Positions 27,869 through 36,893 of a DNA stretch of 55,663 bases are shown piece by piece. The stretch is taken from assembly GCA_017431625.1 (NCBI GenBank), contig JAFRKQ010000018.1:1-55663 (forward strand), given 5' to 3'. Below the pieces are notes generated by a model. That model saw only the letters and a list, made by a program, of their open reading frames with translations. It did not search any database and had not been told where the DNA came from. Position numbers and translations under genes: made by a program. Numbering within the stretch: position 1 is the stretch's first letter; each line of letters opens with the position of its first letter. The stretch comes from a bacterium. GTDB taxonomy: Bacteria > Patescibacteriota > Microgenomatia > UBA1400 > PJMF01.

Positions 27869-29432
27869 AACGATTTTTGTCTGTCAAAACTGTGGACATA
27901 CTTATGCAAAGTGGCAGGGGAAGTGTGATGAATGCGAACAGTGGAATACATTAGCAGAAGAATTGCCGAAAAATAATAAAATTTCAACAAACGGACATAA
28001 TTTATCTGATGTATCATCATTAGTTGTATCGGTAGCTGAAACTACCAGGCAGAATATCAGTTTTGAGCGGCGGGCTACGGGGATTGAAGAACTCGATCGC
28101 TGCTTGGGGACAGACAGTCACGGCCAGATGGGGATGGTGCGTGGTAGTGTAGTGTTAATAGGTGGCGAGCCCGGCATTGGCAAGTCCACTTTGTTGACAC
28201 AAGCTGTGCTCAATGCTTGTCGTCAGTTGGGTAGTGATGTTAGTAGGACAAATCACATCATAGATAAAAAATCTATTAAAGAGCATAAAAATGATGAAAC
28301 ATCAAGTAAAAATAAATTGTTACAAAACTTAGACGATGAATCTGAGCATAAAAACATTGATCAATCAGATGAAAACAATGTGGTAATGTACATGTGCGGT
28401 GAGGAAAGTCCGCAACAAATTAATTTACGCATCCGTCGACTGCTCACAAAAAGTGAACAAATTGAACAACTGCCACTTCAATACATTATGTCCACTAATG
28501 TTGATGAGGTGGTCCAAATAGTTTGTGAAAAAAAACCAAAACTTCTTATAATTGACTCCATTCAAATGCTACATACCGATGATCTGACAGGAACTGCTGG
28601 TAGCCTGGGACAGGTGAAAGAATGTACCGAAAGAATTACGAAAATTGTCAAAGTTTCGGGTATTCCCACATTTTTGGTGGGACATGTGGTCAAGGGTGGA
28701 GAAATTGCTGGACCCAAGACCCTAGAACATATGGTTGATGCGATTTTTGAACTCACCGGTGAGCGCAGTGATGACTTGCGTTTTTTGCGGACACTCAAAA
28801 ATCGCTTTGGTGCCACTGATGAGGTGGGAGTTTTTCGCATGACAGAAGGTGGCATGCAAGAGGTCAAAAACCCCAGTGAATATTTCTTACAAACAGCACA
28901 AACACAAATACCCGGAAGTGGAGTGGTTTGTTTGCTCGAAGGCACACGACCAATCTTGACAGAAGTGCAGGCCTTGGTGGTACCATCACAGTTGGCGATG
29001 CCGCGCCGCGTGGGTCGCGGGGTGGATTTGTCAAGAGTACAAGTTTTAGCGGCGGTGCTGCAAAAACACTCCAATTTGCCGCTGGGGATTTGTGATATTT
29101 TCCTTAGTGTCGTAGGAGGCTTGAGTGTGCGTGAGTCAGGCATTGATCTAGGATTGGCGATGGCACTAGCCTCATCAGTAGCGGAAAAGCCTTTGCCTGT
29201 TAAATCCGTATTTATTGGTGAGGTGGGACTGATGGGGGAAATCCGGCCAGTGGCTTCTTATGATCGGCGCGTCAAGGAGGTTAAGCGGCTTGGCTATGAA
29301 CATATTTACTCCTACCAGACGCACAAACGGGTTCAAGACTTAATTGGCGATTTGGAGTTGAAACCGGACAAAAGGTTGTATCGCACGCGCCAAGCCGAAA
29401 ATGACGGCAATAAACAAAGCGCCTCGTTTTGA
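27855..29432 (+). CDS. radA: DNA repair protein RadA/Sms, with a K/N/D/E-rich insertion of about 45 aa
   Basis: Zn finger CQNCGH..C.EC, Walker A GEPGIGKST, KNRFG motif and a Lon-like C-terminal domain. The start overlaps the upstream stop by 14 nt. Confidence 0.95.
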   Translation: MAKSKTIFVCQNCGHTYAKWQGKCDECEQWNTLAEELPKNNKISTNGHNLSDVSSLVVSVAETTRQNISFERRATGIEELDRCLGTDSHGQMGMVRGSVVLIGGEPGIGKSTLLTQAVLNACRQLGSDVSRTNHIIDKKSIKEHKNDETSSKNKLLQNLDDESEHKNIDQSDENNVVMYMCGEESPQQINLRIRRLLTKSEQIEQLPLQYIMSTNVDEVVQIVCEKKPKLLIIDSIQMLHTDDLTGTAGSLGQVKECTERITKIVKVSGIPTFLVGHVVKGGEIAGPKTLEHMVDAIFELTGERSDDLRFLRTLKNRFGATDEVGVFRMTEGGMQEVKNPSEYFLQTAQTQIPGSGVVCLLEGTRPILTEVQALVVPSQLAMPRRVGRGVDLSRVQVLAAVLQKHSNLPLGICDIFLSVVGGLSVRESGIDLGLAMALASSVAEKPLPVKSVFIGEVGLMGEIRPVASYDRRVKEVKRLGYEHIYSYQTHKRVQDLIGDLELKPDKRLYRTRQAENDGNKQSASF

Positions 29433-29433
29433 G

Positions 29434-29460
29434 TTTTGTGAGTACAAGAGGCTCACAAAA
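29434..29460. repeat. REP-like element (type B)
   Basis: TTTTGTGAGTACAAGAGGCTCACAAAA, starting 2 nt after the radA stop. Confidence 0.8.
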
Positions 29461-29584
29461 ATAGTATGCTCACTTATTTAGAGCGGGACTAAATATTGTT
29501 GGCGGCCGCGATGCTGATATTATAATCAGACTTTAGTGTGACCGTGTCTGCCTGGTCGCTGGTAATTTTATTATAGGCAAAATG

Positions 29585-29703
29585 TGCGGCAATCCTGGTA
29601 ATTACCGCAAAAAAGTGCAATAATAAAATTTCCAGGCAGATGATTATTTGTGCAAAATTTGCGATAATAAATATTTATTATCGCATAAATTGCATTAATA
29701 AAT
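29585..29703. repeat. TGCRnnAAT iteron cluster with a 24-bp perfect palindrome (operator region); left arm of the direct repeat
   Basis: TGCGGCAAT/ATTACCGCA inverted pair at 29585-29609. TGCAATAATAA, TGCAAAATT and TGCATTAATAA also present. Palindrome GCGATAATAAATATTTATTATCGC at 29661-29684. TTTCCAGGCAGA at 29629-29640. Confidence 0.7.
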
Positions 29704-29706
29704 GTC

Positions 29707-29734
29707 TTGACATTTTGATTCTTTTTGATACAAT
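29707..29734 (+). promoter_or_regulatory. Strong sigma70-like promoter
   Basis: TTGACA (29707-29712), 16-nt spacer, TGATACAAT with -10 at 29729-29734. Confidence 0.7.
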
Positions 29735-29776
29735 CGGCCCTGTTCTTAAATATCAAATGGAAGGACTGAGTCGCCA

Positions 29777-30070
29777 ATGTTGCCGGAATTAAAATCGGTT
29801 GTTATTGTCACTGGGCCGCATTTTGCTCAGATAATCAGATCGTTGTGTGCGTTCCCGCGTCGCAAGGTGTATTTTCACTGCCTGGAACAGCGCTGCGAGT
29901 CAATGATTACAGTCACTGTTGCCGTTAAGTCTTTGGAGCGTCTGGCCGATCGAGATAAATTGAGGCTAGTCGGTAGAGCTGAGTTTCAGTGTCTGGGCTT
30001 CAGGATTAAGCGTATGGTTGATATTGAGTACAATCTGGTCACGATGGCGGGACACATTAAAGTCCGCTAA
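29777..30070 (+). CDS. Hypothetical Cys-containing 97-aa protein (alternatively an approx 370-nt non-coding RNA)
   Basis: The only long ORF in a 1.1-kb spacer. GGAAGGA lies about 10 nt before the ATG. The promoter is 43 nt upstream and the terminator starts 12 nt after the stop. No motif recognised. Confidence 0.45.
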   Translation: MLPELKSVVIVTGPHFAQIIRSLCAFPRRKVYFHCLEQRCESMITVTVAVKSLERLADRDKLRLVGRAEFQCLGFRIKRMVDIEYNLVTMAGHIKVR

Positions 30071-30081
30071 GAGTAACCAAA

Positions 30082-30116
30082 CCCGAGTGAAAACTCGGGC
30101 TGTTTGTATTTATTTT
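30082..30116 (+). terminator. Rho-independent terminator
   Basis: CCCGAGT-GAAA-ACTCGGG followed by CTGTTTGTATTTATTTT. Confidence 0.75.
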
Positions 30117-30319
30117 CCAGCCTTGAGGACAAAATGTTGCCAGACGAAAAGATTTTCGCTCATGTTTCGTCTCAAATATTTGGCAGTATTAATGCATGAC
30201 TGCTAAGTATATGGGCTACTTTTTTTATCTTGGTAAATCAATGATATTTTTGATGTTTGTTATTTTTATGGATTATTTTAGGAAAATATTTGTCTGTGAG
30301 ATGAAAAAACATCGGTGAC

Positions 30320-30459
30320 TTTGTGAGTACAGTGTGCTCACAAAAAGTTGACTCGTGGCTGATAGCGCGTGGGGTAATGGCATAAAGAAAGTAATGGCGG
30401 CAATGACGTGAGCATGTCCCTGTGAGACTCACAATGTGAGTACAAGAGGCGTACAAAAA
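30320..30459. repeat. REP-like elements (three units)
   Basis: TTTGTGAGTACAGTGTGCTCACAAAAA (30320-30346). TGTGAGACTCACA (30421-30433). TGTGAGTACAAGAGGCGTACAAAAA (30435-30459). Confidence 0.8.
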
Positions 30460-30462
30460 TAA

Positions 30463-30530
30463 TTGCATGATATGCGTTAATATTTTTCCAGGCAGAAGTA
30501 ATTATTATTGCAGAAAATGCGCAAATTAAT
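30463..30530. repeat. Right arm of the direct repeat, with TGCGnnAAT-type iterons
   Basis: TGCGTTAATATT, identical to the iteron on the minus strand of repeat copy C (about 3474-3485). TTTCCAGGCAGA at 30485-30496, identical to 29629-29640. By eye about 75% identity to 29616-29670 over about 55 nt. Confidence 0.65.
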
Positions 30531-32736
30531 CGAGACGCTTGGTGGCATAACGCTCGCGGCTGACACGAATGACTTTTTCGCGATTATTGTTGCTAGCGGC
30601 CGCTGGTGGCAGCGTGTAGGCGGGGAAGGGGTACGATATGATATTATCAATGGTAATGCGATTGATAATTTGATGTTTATTAAGCCCCACTAAATCTTCA
30701 GCCGTGTATTTACCACCGTATTCCTTGGAAAAAACCTCGGCATCTTCGCTGCCCATGACAAAACTTACCACTGAGCCACAATTGCCAAAAATCGCCTTTT
30801 GTACTTCTTCGGGGATCTGAGCTACGTATTGATTGGCGAGAATCAAATTGAGACGGTATTTGCGGGCTTCAGATAGAATTTTATTGAATGAGGTAGTGGC
30901 AAAATTTTGAAATTCATCGACGTAAAGGTAAAAATCTCGCCGTTGCTCTTCTGGAATATTGACGCGTCCCATAGCGGCTAGCTGGATTTTGGTAATCAAC
31001 ATTGCCCCCAGTAGGGTGGCGTTATCCTCGCCAAGCATACCCTGAGAGAGATTGACGAGAAGGATCTTACCCTCGTCCATGATTTGTTCGATGCTGAAAC
31101 TGCTACGGTCTGAGTTGACAACATTGCGAACGAGTGGGCTCGAGACAAATTGACCGATTTTGTTAAGAATCGGGGCAACCGCCTCATTTTTCATGCGATC
31201 TTGGAGCGGCTCGAATTCACCCAGCCAAAAACTGCGCAAAACTGGGTCGTCAAGCTGATCAAGGACGCGTTTGCGAAAGTCTTTATCAGTAAAAAGGGTG
31301 ATAATATCGCCAAGTTTGGCATTGTCCATCTGCAAAAGAGTCAAAAGAGCATTGCGCAGGAAGTGTTCGAGGCGTGGACCCCAAGAGTATTCATAAAGTT
31401 TGTGGAAAATAGAGATAATGCCAGAAGCGATCAGTTCGCGGTGTTCGACATTACGGCCTTCAAAAAGGTTAATTTTGACGGTGCGATCGCCATCGGCAGG
31501 GTTGAAAAAAACAACGTCATTAATCCGGCTAGCGGGAATGTAGTTGAGAAGAGTGTCTATGGCGTCACCGTGAGGATCAATAAAACACAGTCCTTCATTG
31601 TTGCGCAAGTCATTGATTGCCATGTTGCACAGCATTGTGGATTTGCCAGTACCAGTTTTGCCGATTACGTACATGTGTCGGCGCCGGTCGGCGCGGTGAA
31701 TGCCATATTTGCGTGATTCGTTTTTATAGACTGTTTCAGCGAAAACATTAATCTCTCGCTTAACTGCTGGATCATCTTCGCGTCTAACAATAGGGAGATT
31801 TTCTGGTGGTTCACCAAGTAGATTTTTACCCCAGGTGAGATTGGGGATAGTGGAGAGGATCTTATTGGGAAAATGATAAAGGCTGGCTAGCTCAAAGACT
31901 GAGAGATGAAAGACGCTAGTTTTGCTAATTTTTCGATCCAACATCGCGTTAATTTTGATATTGACCGGCAAAATAGAAGTCTTGCGTCGCAGAGAATTTG
32001 ATTCTTCTTGACGTAAGGCTCCATAGGCATCAACAATACCATCAAAGAAAAGTTCAGCACTATCGCGATTTTGTGAAATGACAGCTACATTGAGATTGAC
32101 GGCGAGGGCTTTGGCGTGGATTTTGGATTCGATTAAAGATTTGCTACTGGCCGGTAGGCTGGAGACGGTGACACTGCCGCTGGCAGACACTGTGGGGCTG
32201 GGAGGCGCTAAGAGCCGCTCACAGCTGTTTTTCCAGGAGTCGCCAGAGTGACCAACGATTAACTGAATGATCGCGCGTTCATTGATGTTGCCTTTTGACA
32301 GATGGGAAAGTAAGGAAGCGAGTGAATCGACATCGCCAAAGTCACGATAATCTTTGAGTGGATAACATTCACTATTTTGCAGCACCAACGAATTGGCAAC
32401 TAGGGCGAGCTGATCCTGCTTGTAATTGGGATTGGCATCTTGATGGAAATAGAGTAAATAGTCGGGATCAGTATAGGTGGTAATCACTGCCTCTGGAAAT
32501 TGAGCACTGATGGAACCTTTAAGATATTCGATGAGACGATTGGGTACGTACAAGAAAAAACGGATACTTTGGTGTGCGAGCAAGATTTCAAAACTGAGGG
32601 TTTCTTTGCTGCCTAGCATGCCACTCCAGAAGTCATCATGAAAGGAGGGGACAGTGGAGAATAGCTCCATCATCGCATCAGCGTTTTTCAGACTATCGCG
32701 GCCAGTGCGAATTTCCAGTAGTGAATGGTTTTTCAT
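30526..32736 (-). CDS. VirD4/TraD-like (FtsK/HerA superfamily) T4SS coupling-type ATPase without TM anchors
   Basis: Walker A GKTGTGKST and Walker B YLYVDEFQNF. The 330-aa N-terminal region has no hydrophobic helix. Confidence 0.75.
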   Translation of the reverse strand: MKNHSLLEIRTGRDSLKNADAMMELFSTVPSFHDDFWSGMLGSKETLSFEILLAHQSIRFFLYVPNRLIEYLKGSISAQFPEAVITTYTDPDYLLYFHQDANPNYKQDQLALVANSLVLQNSECYPLKDYRDFGDVDSLASLLSHLSKGNINERAIIQLIVGHSGDSWKNSCERLLAPPSPTVSASGSVTVSSLPASSKSLIESKIHAKALAVNLNVAVISQNRDSAELFFDGIVDAYGALRQEESNSLRRKTSILPVNIKINAMLDRKISKTSVFHLSVFELASLYHFPNKILSTIPNLTWGKNLLGEPPENLPIVRREDDPAVKREINVFAETVYKNESRKYGIHRADRRRHMYVIGKTGTGKSTMLCNMAINDLRNNEGLCFIDPHGDAIDTLLNYIPASRINDVVFFNPADGDRTVKINLFEGRNVEHRELIASGIISIFHKLYEYSWGPRLEHFLRNALLTLLQMDNAKLGDIITLFTDKDFRKRVLDQLDDPVLRSFWLGEFEPLQDRMKNEAVAPILNKIGQFVSSPLVRNVVNSDRSSFSIEQIMDEGKILLVNLSQGMLGEDNATLLGAMLITKIQLAAMGRVNIPEEQRRDFYLYVDEFQNFATTSFNKILSEARKYRLNLILANQYVAQIPEEVQKAIFGNCGSVVSFVMGSEDAEVFSKEYGGKYTAEDLVGLNKHQIINRITIDNIISYPFPAYTLPPAAASNNNREKVIRVSRERYATKRLD

Positions 32737-32812
32737 AAAAATTAACCTCTATTATAACATAAAAGAATCATAAATCTCGGGGAAGAATGATGACTTTTGG
32801 GCGCATTTTGAC

Positions 32813-32890
32813 TGTGAGTACAATGTACTCACAAAAATCTATTGATTGATGGCTATTTTTTATATTTGTGCGTACAAGAGGCGTACAAAT
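32813..32890. repeat. REP/BIME-like composite
   Basis: TGTGAGTACAATGTACTCACAAAA, then TCTATTGATTGAT, then ATTTGTGCGTACAAGAGGCGTACAAAT. Same layout as 40600-40677. Confidence 0.85.
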
Positions 32891-32892
32891 AT

Positions 32893-35800
32893 TTAATTGA
32901 GAGCTTGCCAGGAATACAAACCAGTGGTGAGATTGGCTTGACAAGCGTAAAAGGTCTTTTGCTGACGATCATAGTAAATTTTGCCCTCGACGTCCGCATT
33001 ACACTCACCAGCAGTCGCCGCGTCGATGGGGGTAAGCTGAAGGGAACCATTGGCTTTGATATTACCTTGAACCTCAAGGGCTTCGGTGGGGGTGGTCGTG
33101 CCAATGCCAATATTGCCATTAGGCAGAATGGTAAAACGAGTGGTGGGGTTGCCTTCGGCATTGAGCGTGCGGATATTGAAGCTGGCGCGCTCGGCCAAAT
33201 CGAGGTTGTTTTGTTTGTTTTGGCTATCCATAAAGAGGTTGCCGCGAACAAAAAGGGTGGGTGTCCCCGTACCTGCAAGATTGAAGAAGCCGATTTTGGC
33301 GGAAGCAGTGGATTCCCCGCCCAAAATAACATCATTGGTAGTGGTAGCGGGGAAAAGTGCCCCAGCTACTTGTTTCCAGAGGGATTGACTGCCAGTGTCA
33401 ACAATACCGCTATCAGTCAAGTAATTGAGGTTAATTTGACCAATCTTGACTTCTTGACTTTGACGACTGGCTGTAGTAATTTTGATGGTAAGCTGATCGC
33501 CAGCTTTAAAGCCCAAATTGGTCAGCTCCTCGCCAGAAATAGTGGCAGGAGTGGTTGTCAGAGCGTGACTCATCCATTCACCGGCGACATTGCTGACTAA
33601 GTCGGCTTTGGTGACACCAATCTGGGTGCCACCACGATAAACCTCGAGGGTAACATGATTGAGACTGGGGTCAACGCTGCTAGTGGCGAAATCGAGAGTC
33701 AGACCACTGCTTTGCCAGGAAACAAAATTACTGGGCAAAGTGAGATTGACAGTGGTATCAAAATCATTGATGGTGGTCAGATCGCTAGATTGCCAGGCGT
33801 AATAATTGAAGCGATAATTGTCACCAATAGTTTCGTGACCACTAGAGAAAGTACCATTATTGTTGGTCCCGTCGCCAGAAATGACGGCGCCCGCATATTC
33901 GGCGTCAAGTACAAGACGACAGGTATTGCCGCTACAATGGCTGGAGTTGGCCAGTGTGACGGAATTGGTATTGGTGACACCAGTAGGTACAAAGTCAGTG
34001 CCATTGTAAATATATAGTACCTGACCAAGGCTGTCGTAGACGATGTCACCCACTTGCTGGCCCACCTTGGCATAAGGTTTGCCGGCTGAGGTGGGCAGTT
34101 TGAGACCTTGGTTGTCGCCATAAGACGCTTCTAGTCGACCACCAGCCACCAAATCTTCTTGAGTCTTGATAGTGCCATCAGGCGCAAATTGGAGAGAAAG
34201 TCGGCCATTGGTGTAAATACTGGCGGCCGAAGGCATTTTTTCTTTGGTGACCAGTTCGTAATCACTCAGATGATCGTAGACAGTGGTGACAGTGGAGTCA
34301 GTCAACTCAGCGACAAGATAATAGTCTTCAGAATTACTCAAGCTACGATAGAGACGTCTGGCAGTGATTTGTTCGCTCGAAGAAGGCACTGGAATGTGAT
34401 CAATTTTGATGACACGACCATCACCAGTCAGGGCAAGAGCCCGCGAGCTATCGGAGGGACTGCTTTCGCCGTTTTCACCAACAAAAGTAAGTTTATAGCG
34501 ATAAAGCCCGGTGTTGTTGGTGTTATTGAAGGCTTGTGTGAGTGTGTAGTCATTGACAATATCGAAAGTGGAGTGTGAGGTATTGTCGGGGATAGTTTTG
34601 ACCAAGTAGTACTCCGAGCCGTTGTTTTTGGTGCGATAAAGATTGCGAGCGACCACACTGGGGTGATCGGAGGTGGCTAAATCATTGATAATAATAGCTT
34701 GACCGTCTTTGGTTAGATCATATGCACGTGCCGGACTCAGGCTGGTTTCGGCGCCGTCGCTGGTGACAAAAGTATAAGCATATTGATAACGACCAGCTAC
34801 GAGTTTACTTTCCGATTGTTCTTGAGTGCTAAGGGTGAGGTTGTTGGTGGGCGCGCTAATTTTGCGCAGGGCATTGACATCAGTAATATCTTCATTAATA
34901 GTCATTTTGCTGATATCAGGACCAGAAATAAATTCAAAAGCAATACTGCCGTTGTTGATGGTGAGTTTTTGTTTGGTGTTGGTAGTACCCAGTCCTAAAT
35001 TGCCATTTTTGTCAATATAAGCGCTATTCCAGGCGGTTTTGGCCACATTGGAGCGGAAAGTGAGACCAGTTTCATCGTAAGTAACTGCGGAATTTTTGCC
35101 TTGGAGATTGAGATTGCCAGAAAGATTGAGATTGGCTGACGCGGTGGCAGTGCCCATGTAAATATTGCCACTACCTGGAAGTAAGTAGAGATCGCCTGTT
35201 TGTGAGACCAAGCCCAAATTGCCAATATTGATGATAGCAGTATCGCTGGTGGCAAATTTAAAATTGCCATTACCATCTACCACGGGAATGGTATTGGCGG
35301 TGGCCGACTGACTGGCACTATAGCCTTGTAGTGATTCGGAATTGAGGGCAAAGGGCACGCTTTTGATCAACTGTCTGGGGAAAAGTACCTCGTTGTCAAC
35401 ACTAATTTGCACCCAGACATTGCTATTTTGGGCAAAAATATTGCCGAGTGTCTGGCCACAATTGGCATCATCAAAGCCGTCACCACGACCGGCGCCGAGA
35501 TTGACTGTGAAAATACCACTACTATTGGGCTGAATAGTGCACACACCGCTATCCCAGAGAATTTCGCCACCGATCGGCGGCGGGGTATTGCCACCGCTAG
35601 TATTGTAAAAAACAAAACGCATTTTTTTGGGCGCAGTAATCGAATTTTGGTCATAATCGGTCAATCGCCCTTGAAAGGTAAGAATTCTTGGTGGGCTGGC
35701 GGCTGGTTGCTGCTGGCCAATGTCTTCAGAAGCAAAATTGTAGTTGGCATTCTTGATTAGCTGATTGATGCCAAAAACACAAGTACCAATACCAAAAACT

Positions 35801-36285
35801 GCGGCGGCAAAAACGGGAAGGTTACGATTGACGCTACTGCTAGTGGTTGTTTCTTGATCGTCACTAAAAGCACTCGTATCGAGCGTATCTGGTTTTTCTT
35901 GGTTAGCCTTGGCAAAAAGATTGGCTTTTTGGTAAGGACTGACAGTATCAGGGACAACTTGAGCGGGTAGAGGTCTGGCATTGCCCTGAAGTATGGCCTC
36001 GATGCTTCCAAGCTGCTTGACACCAGCGGCCAGACGACTGCTATCTGGATGGTCATCAAGTAATTCTTGTAGGTCGCCTAGTTGCTTGACATGAGGTCGA
36101 TTAATTTTGGTACTTCGAGCCACAGTAGGCTTTTTTTTGTGACTTGGACTGGAGGTTGTAGTGTCATTCTTAGCGGACTGGAGATAAGAATTGAGTAGCT
36201 GTTTGCGCTTGGCCGCGGAGAGCTGCTTAACTGCGACAGGATCACTACTTTTCTTTGCCGGTGTTTTTAAATTCTCATCAGCCAT
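32893..36285 (-). CDS. Giant N-terminally anchored surface protein with tail-fibre-like motifs
   Basis: 1130 aa. K-rich cytoplasmic N-terminus and TM VFAAAVFGIGTCVFGI. NGNLGLGTTNTKQKL and NGNIGIGTTTPTEALEV motifs. Two tandem repeats of about 85 aa (RYQYAYTFVTSDGAETS / LYRYKLTFVGENGESS). No LPXTG. Confidence 0.7.
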   Translation of the reverse strand: MADENLKTPAKKSSDPVAVKQLSAAKRKQLLNSYLQSAKNDTTTSSPSHKKKPTVARSTKINRPHVKQLGDLQELLDDHPDSSRLAAGVKQLGSIEAILQGNARPLPAQVVPDTVSPYQKANLFAKANQEKPDTLDTSAFSDDQETTTSSSVNRNLPVFAAAVFGIGTCVFGINQLIKNANYNFASEDIGQQQPAASPPRILTFQGRLTDYDQNSITAPKKMRFVFYNTSGGNTPPPIGGEILWDSGVCTIQPNSSGIFTVNLGAGRGDGFDDANCGQTLGNIFAQNSNVWVQISVDNEVLFPRQLIKSVPFALNSESLQGYSASQSATANTIPVVDGNGNFKFATSDTAIINIGNLGLVSQTGDLYLLPGSGNIYMGTATASANLNLSGNLNLQGKNSAVTYDETGLTFRSNVAKTAWNSAYIDKNGNLGLGTTNTKQKLTINNGSIAFEFISGPDISKMTINEDITDVNALRKISAPTNNLTLSTQEQSESKLVAGRYQYAYTFVTSDGAETSLSPARAYDLTKDGQAIIINDLATSDHPSVVARNLYRTKNNGSEYYLVKTIPDNTSHSTFDIVNDYTLTQAFNNTNNTGLYRYKLTFVGENGESSPSDSSRALALTGDGRVIKIDHIPVPSSSEQITARRLYRSLSNSEDYYLVAELTDSTVTTVYDHLSDYELVTKEKMPSAASIYTNGRLSLQFAPDGTIKTQEDLVAGGRLEASYGDNQGLKLPTSAGKPYAKVGQQVGDIVYDSLGQVLYIYNGTDFVPTGVTNTNSVTLANSSHCSGNTCRLVLDAEYAGAVISGDGTNNNGTFSSGHETIGDNYRFNYYAWQSSDLTTINDFDTTVNLTLPSNFVSWQSSGLTLDFATSSVDPSLNHVTLEVYRGGTQIGVTKADLVSNVAGEWMSHALTTTPATISGEELTNLGFKAGDQLTIKITTASRQSQEVKIGQINLNYLTDSGIVDTGSQSLWKQVAGALFPATTTNDVILGGESTASAKIGFFNLAGTGTPTLFVRGNLFMDSQNKQNNLDLAERASFNIRTLNAEGNPTTRFTILPNGNIGIGTTTPTEALEVQGNIKANGSLQLTPIDAATAGECNADVEGKIYYDRQQKTFYACQANLTTGLYSWQALN

Positions 36286-36865
36286 AATATTTTTCTACGT
36301 GATCAATATTACTATAATTTTGTGGGGTTGTCAAATATAGATTTTAACAATGTGATCATGAGGTTATGATTTTAATAATTGTTGATTTACCGCTAAATAA
36401 TTGATAAATGATAATTATTAAGACCTATAACATATAAAACGTTAAAATTTATATATCTTATAATATTTTTTTCCACACTTTTTACTCAAGTAAAAAGTAA
36501 ATTTTAGTAACTTTTATGTCTCAATTAATTATTGGTGGAAAAATGATTGGCTAACGTGTAAAATTGTCTTTTATATGAGATTATCATGATTATAGGCAAA
36601 GCGCCTGTAAGCAATTTGTTTATGTTAAGGCAATGATAGCAAGCTCATTGTTGTAATTGCCTACTTTTGTAAGAGAAAGTGACATAAGTTGCTACTTTAC
36701 AAATCGCTGATTTCTGGTAATATAATACATATCGTTGAGTCACTACTCACATGTTTATGAGCACACTCACGATTCCGAAAGGGCATTGTTATGCGTGGAC
36801 TGTCCAGCGATACCAATGCTTTTTCTTTTGCCAAAAATCTCTCTTGTTTTGGTCACGATTAGTAC

Positions 36866-36893
36866 TTGACAATTTTGAATAATCTGTTATAAT
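36866..36893 (+). promoter_or_regulatory. Sigma70-like promoter of the sortase gene
   Basis: TTGACA (36866-36871), 16-nt spacer, TGTTATAAT with -10 at 36888-36893. Confidence 0.65.

Noticed and set aside
29461-29570. Possible C-terminal gene remnant after radA (minus strand reads ...TSDQADTVTLKSDYNISIAAANNI*; GACTAAATATT is shared with the VanW 3' end at 22190-22200).
   Set aside because: The similarity is only about 11 nt and a few residues, and there is no start codon or longer open frame. That is insufficient to call a pseudogene.
29743-30116. RNase P RNA, tmRNA or 6S RNA in the promoter-to-terminator unit.
   Set aside because: I could not find the GGAAAGUCCGG-type RNase P core near the 5' part, a tRNA-like acceptor/T-arm (GGUUCGA...CCA) for tmRNA, or a 6S-like length. 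Kept only as an unspecified RNA alternative to the 97-aa ORF.
32842-33600. Long antisense or alternative-frame ORFs inside large genes. Examples: 32842..33600, 32853..33335, 31150..31716, 28562..29143, 21352..21873, 16285..16701, 45333..45839, 5203..5670, 3802..4227.
   Set aside because: Each lies wholly within a longer ORF that carries clear family motifs. Their translations are low-complexity or Cys/Arg/Ser-rich nonsense typical of shadow frames.
33480-35500. RGD tripeptide and other short motifs in the giant surface protein.
   Set aside because: Three-residue motifs occur by chance in a 1130-aa protein, and nothing in the context supports them.
36469-36543. Second DnaA-box pair (TTTTCCACA at 36469, GGTGGAAAA at 36535) as a second origin or datA-like site.
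   Set aside because: Only two boxes in a very AT-rich 600-nt spacer, so a chance occurrence is plausible. The clear cluster is at 11.8-12.0 kb.
36751-36882. 43-codon ORF (MFMSTLTIPKGHCYAWTVQRYQCFFFCQKSLLFWSRLVLDNFE) upstream of the sortase gene.
   Set aside because: Short, with no ribosome-binding signal, and it overlaps the sortase promoter. It cannot be supported from sequence alone.
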